A stretch of 64,000 bases of DNA from Podarcis erhardii (Eukaryota): NCBI GenBank assembly GCA_964252035.1, contig OZ176205.1; one strand, given 5' to 3'. The translations under genes were made by a program, and so were the position numbers. The notes below the pieces were generated by a model. The model saw nothing but the letters and a program-made list of their open reading frames with translations. It was not told the origin of the DNA and made no database searches. Positions 59,113-64,000 of this stretch are shown one piece after another. Numbering within the stretch: position 1 is the stretch's first letter; each line of letters starts with the position of its first letter.

Positions 59113-59232
59113 GGGTGGTGTACAACTAAGTTATACTTAAAGTAGATCCCCTGAAATAAATGGATTTCACTTACTTAAGTCCATTGATTTCAGTGGGTCT
59201 GCTCTGTGTATGATGAACACTGGAAACCACCC
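59113..59232. mobile_element. Palindromic fold-back MITE (family P) copy 2
   Basis: gggtggtgtacaactaag...cctgaaataaatgga...tccattgatttcagtggg...accaccc, homologous to 21570. Confidence 0.65.
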
Positions 59233-59438
59233 CATCTGCTTTAAACATAAATTTTAATGGGTTCCACACTTTAATTATGTACAGCCATGAGGTGTGCCCT
59301 CTTAAACTGCATGCTGAAATAATTTCATGTGGTAGGTGACATAATTACTTCATGAAACATTTTAGTGACATCACATGGTCCTGTTTTGGAATACATGTTA
59401 ACTACCACCATTCTGCTTCCTCCCCTTTTATTTTAAAG

Positions 59439-59544
59439 GTTTCAGATGAAGATGAAATCCTACCTCACAAGCTCCAGGCTGCACTCGTACAGATCTTAGA
59501 AGAGAGAAATGAAATCTTGTCTCGGGAGCGGAATTACACACAAG
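59439..59544 (+). CDS. DENND2C: DENND2C coding exon 15 (VSDEDEILPHKLQAALVQILEERNEILSRERNYTQ)
   Basis: ttttaaag acceptor, G|gtgact donor, phase 0-1. Matches human VSDEDEILPPKLQAAL. Confidence 0.94.
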
Positions 59545-59558
59545 GTGACTTGGATCAG

Positions 59559-60104
59559 AAAGATGGTGTACAATGAGTTAAAGAAAATCTTCAAATTTAC
59601 TTACCCCAATAAACCAGAAGCATTTCTTCTAGGTGTACTTGGGAATGAGTTACCAAAGAAAGCCCACAACCTGTTTTTATATGCAACAATAGCAGCAAGG
59701 ATAGTAGATGCAAGATACTGGAAACAAAGAGAGACCCCAGGGAAAGAACAATGGCTATACAAACTAATTGAATGTGCAGAGCTTACCAGTATGGCATTTA
59801 AAATAAGAAATCAAGATGATAAACAGACGAGGAGTGAGTGGGAGTATCTAGGGGGATACTTCCAAAAAAATTGACCTCAGATATAGATTCCAAATAAGGG
59901 GGTATTTCGTGACCAACAGTTGATAATATGAAAGATAAGAGAGTATGGAAAATAAGGTGAAGGAATTAAAGTATATGCAGCTAAGCAAGATGTAAAAAGA
60001 ACTGTCATGGAATGCTGGATGGGAAGTCAAGCAGAGTTATTGTACAGTATAAGAATAGGAAAAAGGTGTAATTGTAAAACTGGAAAACTTAAAAAAATAA
60101 AATA
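59559..60104 (+). mobile_element. 5'-truncated L1-clade LINE (ORF2 C-terminus, 3' UTR, A-rich tail), sense
   Basis: Open frame MVYNELKKIFK...PEAFLLG...LFLYATIAARIVDARYWK...PGKEQWLYKLIECAEL resembles the non-mammalian L1 ORF2 end. A-rich tail at 60091-104; possible short TSD atcag (59554-58 / 60105-09). Confidence 0.8.
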
Positions 60105-60634
60105 ATCAGGAAATTAGACATCCATGAGAATATGGCGGTGTGGAAATCTCCAGACAACTCCACTGCAAAGTGTTAAAGTGGGGTGGGGGGGAGAGTGGTT
60201 GGCAGAGGGGAAAGTGTCAGGAAGGGGCTTTAACTCCCCAGGGACGATGGGGAGGAGAGGAGGTTGCAGTGGGGAAATGGTGACTGGGAAAAGCACATGC
60301 ACGGTGCTTCCCACTTCCAGCAAGCTGCACATGCATCCTACTGCTTGGCAACAGAGAAGTGGTGGTTTGGATTCCCAGACCCACTGCTGCACATCCATGT
60401 TGATGATTACCTAGCTCCCCATTAAAAGTGCAGTTATTGTACCCACTGAAGCTGTTGACACCCTGAGCTATGTGCCAAGTTTCATTATCTCTGTTTAAAT
60501 AGAGATATGTAGGTAGAGATTTAGGCTCTGACGCACCCAATAGGATGCGTGGTCCCTTCATAGCCTTTGGGAGCGAAGTTGAGGTTGATCTCTCCAAAGG
60601 TTGAGATGTGACTGCTTTCTGTGCCTTCTGGTAG

Positions 60635-60874
60635 GTGACGTGACTCTGGACTTGTTGGTATCGGAGGCTTTTGTGCGCTTCTTCGTGGAGATTGTGGGGC
60701 ACTACTCCCTGCACATGCACGTCACTGAGAAAGGAGAGCGGGTGTTTCAGCGGGATCCCTTCCGGAAGTCCCACACGTCCCGCAATGTGCGCCATTTCCT
60801 AGACATCTTCATGGAGACGCAAATGTTCGCTGGTTTCATACAGGATCGAGAGCTACGGAAGAGCGGGGTTAAAG
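60635..60874 (+). CDS. DENND2C: DENND2C coding exon 16 (GDVTLDLLVSEAFVRFFVEIVGHYSL...FMETQMFAGFIQDRELRKSGVK), dDENN
   Basis: ctggtag acceptor, G|gtgatg donor, 240 nt phase 1-1. dDENN motif FxETQMFAGFI. Confidence 0.96.
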
Positions 60875-61863
60875 GTGATGCTTGCCAAATCCAGTCCTTT
60901 TCTTGTTTTGTGTAGAACAATTGTGGTACTTGCACAAGAATTTAAAACAGCCAAAGGGGAATCCAAGTTGGATTGTTTTTCAATATCTGGAACCTTCTAA
61001 AATGTTTTGCTACTGCAGGTAACCAGGACCACTGACCACCTGCTTTCTCCTCATTTTGGAGGGACACGTTTGTTTTGGATGGCCATTTATTTTCTTGGCC
61101 CTACCTATTGCGTATGGTGATTTTTTAAAAAATGACCCTGTGTTTTGGGAATTTTCAATGAAAATTGATTAAAATAAACCAAGTGAAAATGGTAGAAATG
61201 CAGAGCTACTTTGTGCCCGCAGAATGTCCTGTGCTCTTCTTCTGGGATTGCCTTCAGTTGTGAGCCCTTCCAGGTTCTGAGCTTGGAAACAGTGACACTC
61301 CTTTGCTGCCTTCCCCAAAAGTATTCTTTATTTAGTTCTAGGGAAGTGGGGTGAAGGCTTATCCACACTTCCAAGGAGTTGTAGATTAACTTTTAAATGA
61401 GATTGTAATGAAATTCAAATAACTTCAAACAATAAAGCTGGCTTAGCTTTACTTTATTAAAGAATTAGACAGGTAGCTGTCAGCATGATGGACAGGAGAG
61501 GAAGCCCCTTCCCTTCATTTAAGTTAATACCAGAATTGGAGGTGATGGAAAACCTTCAGACTCTCTTCCAGCTCTTGTACCAGCTGCCTGGGTAGTGCAC
61601 CGGGAAATAGTTAAGAAGCTGAACTTTCCCTTTGCCATGGAGGAGGTAAAGGCTGGAGAACATGAGAACATCTCTAACCCAGAATAAGAGGCTATAAACA
61701 GGATGCCTGGCTGCATCCATGCAGTCATCCCTTTTAGGCAATGTACGGGTATTTCCCTTCTTTGGGGCACATGTGGGCTTTCTCATGTGTAATCTTCTTT
61801 GAAACTTCATCCCAAAAGAGAGAGAGAAATGCATGTCTAAGTGATGCTTTCTTTTTTTTTTAG

Positions 61864-61950
61864 GCTTGTTTGAAGTCCGTGCCTTGGAGTATTTGGAGAC
61901 CATTCCAGAGTCTGAGCCAAGTGGGATGAACAAAATCCTCCGTAGTCTGG
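61864..61950 (+). CDS. DENND2C: DENND2C coding exon 17 (GLFEVRALEYLETIPESEPSGMNKILRSL)
   Basis: Long poly-T then tag acceptor, G|gtaaat donor, phase 1-1. Confidence 0.96.
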
Positions 61951-62622
61951 GTAAATAATGCTCAATCTTGTTCTTGGCTGCCGTGGTCGCTTGTAATTTG
62001 TGTAACTATGAACTAGCAAGGAAACCTTTCAGTCTTGATAATAAGCCTCCTTCTCTGCCTCCATTGCAACCGCAGTGGAGCTTTTCCAAATGGTGAATGG
62101 GCTGGTGAGTTGTAGCCCTGGGCAGGATGCAACCAATCGCTTGGAAACTTGCTGTGAGAGTTTTACAGAATACTTTCGGGTCAAAATTACCCATATCCAC
62201 ACCAAACTTAACACCACAGCTGATGGTAGGCCCTGTAGAAGTGTTTTAGAGCACCCTCTGGTTAAAGTTTATGCAGATACAATCTCATCCTGAGGTTCAT
62301 TCTATACAATGTAGAAATCTGGCTTTTGGTGTGATGGAATCTCCCCTTTGGAACTTCCTCCAGACAAGTGTAATTAATGTTATCTCTTTGGCACTAGCTG
62401 AAGGCCTTCATTTCCCAACAAGCTTTTAAAGTGAAGATTCTTATCTCAGCCTCTTTATGTATTGGATTTAAATTGTTTCTATGTACGTTTCGTTGCTGAC
62501 ATTTTTATGGCTGACTGCTTCGTTGTGTTTCATGGGAAGCGATTAATGAACGCAGTATAATAGGCATGCCCATGCATGTCTCAACCTTACCATTTTTCTT
62601 TATTTTATGCTTTTCCTTTTAG

Positions 62623-62654
62623 GTAGCAAAATGAAATTTCTGCAAAAGAAGTGA
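62623..62654 (+). CDS. DENND2C: DENND2C last coding exon (GSKMKFLQKK*)
   Basis: ttttccttttag acceptor, TGA at 62652-54. Matches the human C-terminus GSKMKFLQKK. The 18 exons sum to 2784 nt (927 aa). Confidence 0.96.
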
Positions 62655-64000
62655 GAAGAAGCTGAGTGCAAAATTGCTGCTAAGAGTGGTTTCAAGTTCT
62701 CGCCTGGCTGTCAGAAGGGGGCGCCACATTGCCTGTTGCTGCAGCGTCAGATGGGATGACTCAAATTCAAGCTCAGATACCCTTCAAATAATTGGAAGAA
62801 AGGACATCAGATCTGGGTGGAATTCTCAAATCTTTGCTGTGCCCAGTCCAACGGGACTATTACTGGGAGAAACTAGGCTTCTGTGTCTTTGTAGGATTGG
62901 TCTACAAAGGAGAATCCAATTAGCTGTGTGAACTATCCCTGTTTATGCTGCTTGGCCTGAAGAGACTTCCTACGCCCTCCTGTTTTTATAAATGACTCCT
63001 GCTCAAAGTAGCCCTGAGGGCTAAGCTGATACCTTTTAGTAAGAGGAATGAACCAGAAATAATAATTTAAAAAAATTCAGGAACTGACCTATGGCAATAC
63101 TGCACTGCAGAGATTCTCTGCACCTGGAAACTTCCTCTAAAACTGGAAAGGCAAACCTGTACTCTAGGGCCTGTTCATCCATCTTCCTGTTACGTCCTCT
63201 GTTACTGGCTCAGGTTTAGCCACATTCTCTTATTAACTATTGGCTTTACTTATGTCTTTCAAAGCTTTCTGTTTTTCAAATACTGAAAGCAAGACGAGAA
63301 CACCCACTTCTTTGTTTGTTCTGTTGGTTTTTTTACTGCAAACTTCAACCTGCTGCAAATATACAACTTCTGTGCCTTTTTTGCAGACCTGCTTTTGCTA
63401 CATCAGGGGATATACCTCAGTCAAGACTGGTGTTTACTGGCCAAGAAAATGCTGTTTAAACCCAATTTGGGAATATGAAGACTTTTAAAAAAACAAAAAC
63501 AAAATCAAAAAGTGGAATTTAAAATAAGTTTGTTTTGGTTTGATACAGAACTATTGTAAAAGAAAAGTGAGTTTCTTACCATTGCATTTTGTTGTGAAAT
63601 GGGTGGGATAGAAACGGGTTCTTCCCTGTAAAGCATTGCTCTAATTTACCACAGCTGAACATTAATCAAAAACATTTTCTTCCTCATCTACACCAAGGTC
63701 TGTTGTTATCTGCTTTTAGGGAACCTTTATTCCTCCTGGTAGCTTGCACACTATTTCCAATAGCTGTTTAGAGTGTAAAGGCAAATACCTGTGTCACTTC
63801 CCTAATCAACTATGGCACAGCATGTCATTTTCTTATTGGACCAGCCTTGTATTTAAGGACTTTGAAGGCAGGCTGGCAAAGCAGGAACTGAGCACCCCTG
63901 TCCCTCTTTTGAGCCCAGCATAAAAACCAAGCAGGTTGCTAGAGGAGGGAAAGTCCCTTCCTCCATGCCCAGCATAGAAATGCTGCTTCCCATCCTTTTG
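62655..64000 (+). other. DENND2C: DENND2C 3' UTR (probably continues past the window)
   Basis: Follows the stop codon. I saw no canonical AATAAA before the window end. Confidence 0.6.

Noticed and set aside
59509-59874. 121-aa ORF as a nested host gene or DENND2C extension
   Set aside because: It is an L1 ORF2 C-terminus, out of frame with exon 15, and followed by an L1-type UTR and A tail.
60217-60795. 192-aa minus-strand ORF
   Set aside because: It overlaps DENND2C exon 16 antisense plus G-rich intron. Low complexity, no independent gene signals.
36864-62654. Assignment to DENND2A or ST5/DENND2B
   Set aside because: The N-terminus (TLSRSHCxNIKQKISQWEG), GSRWFGYCKKLL, the C-terminus KMKFLQKK, the 927-aa length and synteny all match DENND2C.

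Overview
Vertebrate genomic DNA from a squamate lizard; the Sauria SINE and the other repeat families suggest a lacertid-like species (inference). Two plus-strand, intron-containing genes lie in tandem, matching the human AMPD1-DENND2C order. (1) The last three coding exons of AMPD1 (133-306, 446-556, 1315-1473; C-terminus ...[16 protein letters not shown]). (2) An apparently complete DENND2C: CpG-island promoter and first exon near 8.4-9.4 kb, a ~28 kb first intron region, and 18 coding exons from ATG 36864 to TGA 62654. These join in phase through GT-AG introns to 2784 nt = 927 aa, and the 3' UTR runs to the window end. The rest is intronic or intergenic DNA with CR1, L2, RTE and L1 LINE fragments, tRNA-derived SINEs, TA-targeting Tc1/mariner-pogo-type MITEs, hAT elements with 8-bp TSDs, fold-back elements, microsatellites and three perfect tandem duplications. 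Almost all of the ORF track is noise. There is no CRISPR array, rRNA or intact tRNA. The most interesting unexplained signals concern DENND2C isoform and translational control. A CpG-rich, promoter-like segment in coding intron 4 (43.0-43.6 kb) carries in-phase donors and two Cys-rich small ORFs with an AUGA stop-start overlap. Exon 1 has a perfect-Kozak ATG that is out of frame with the main ORF. A 79-codon frame overlaps the main start. A sense L1 with AATAAA sits just behind a weak donor. AMPD1 also has an N-to-Y change in the conserved ARNS motif.
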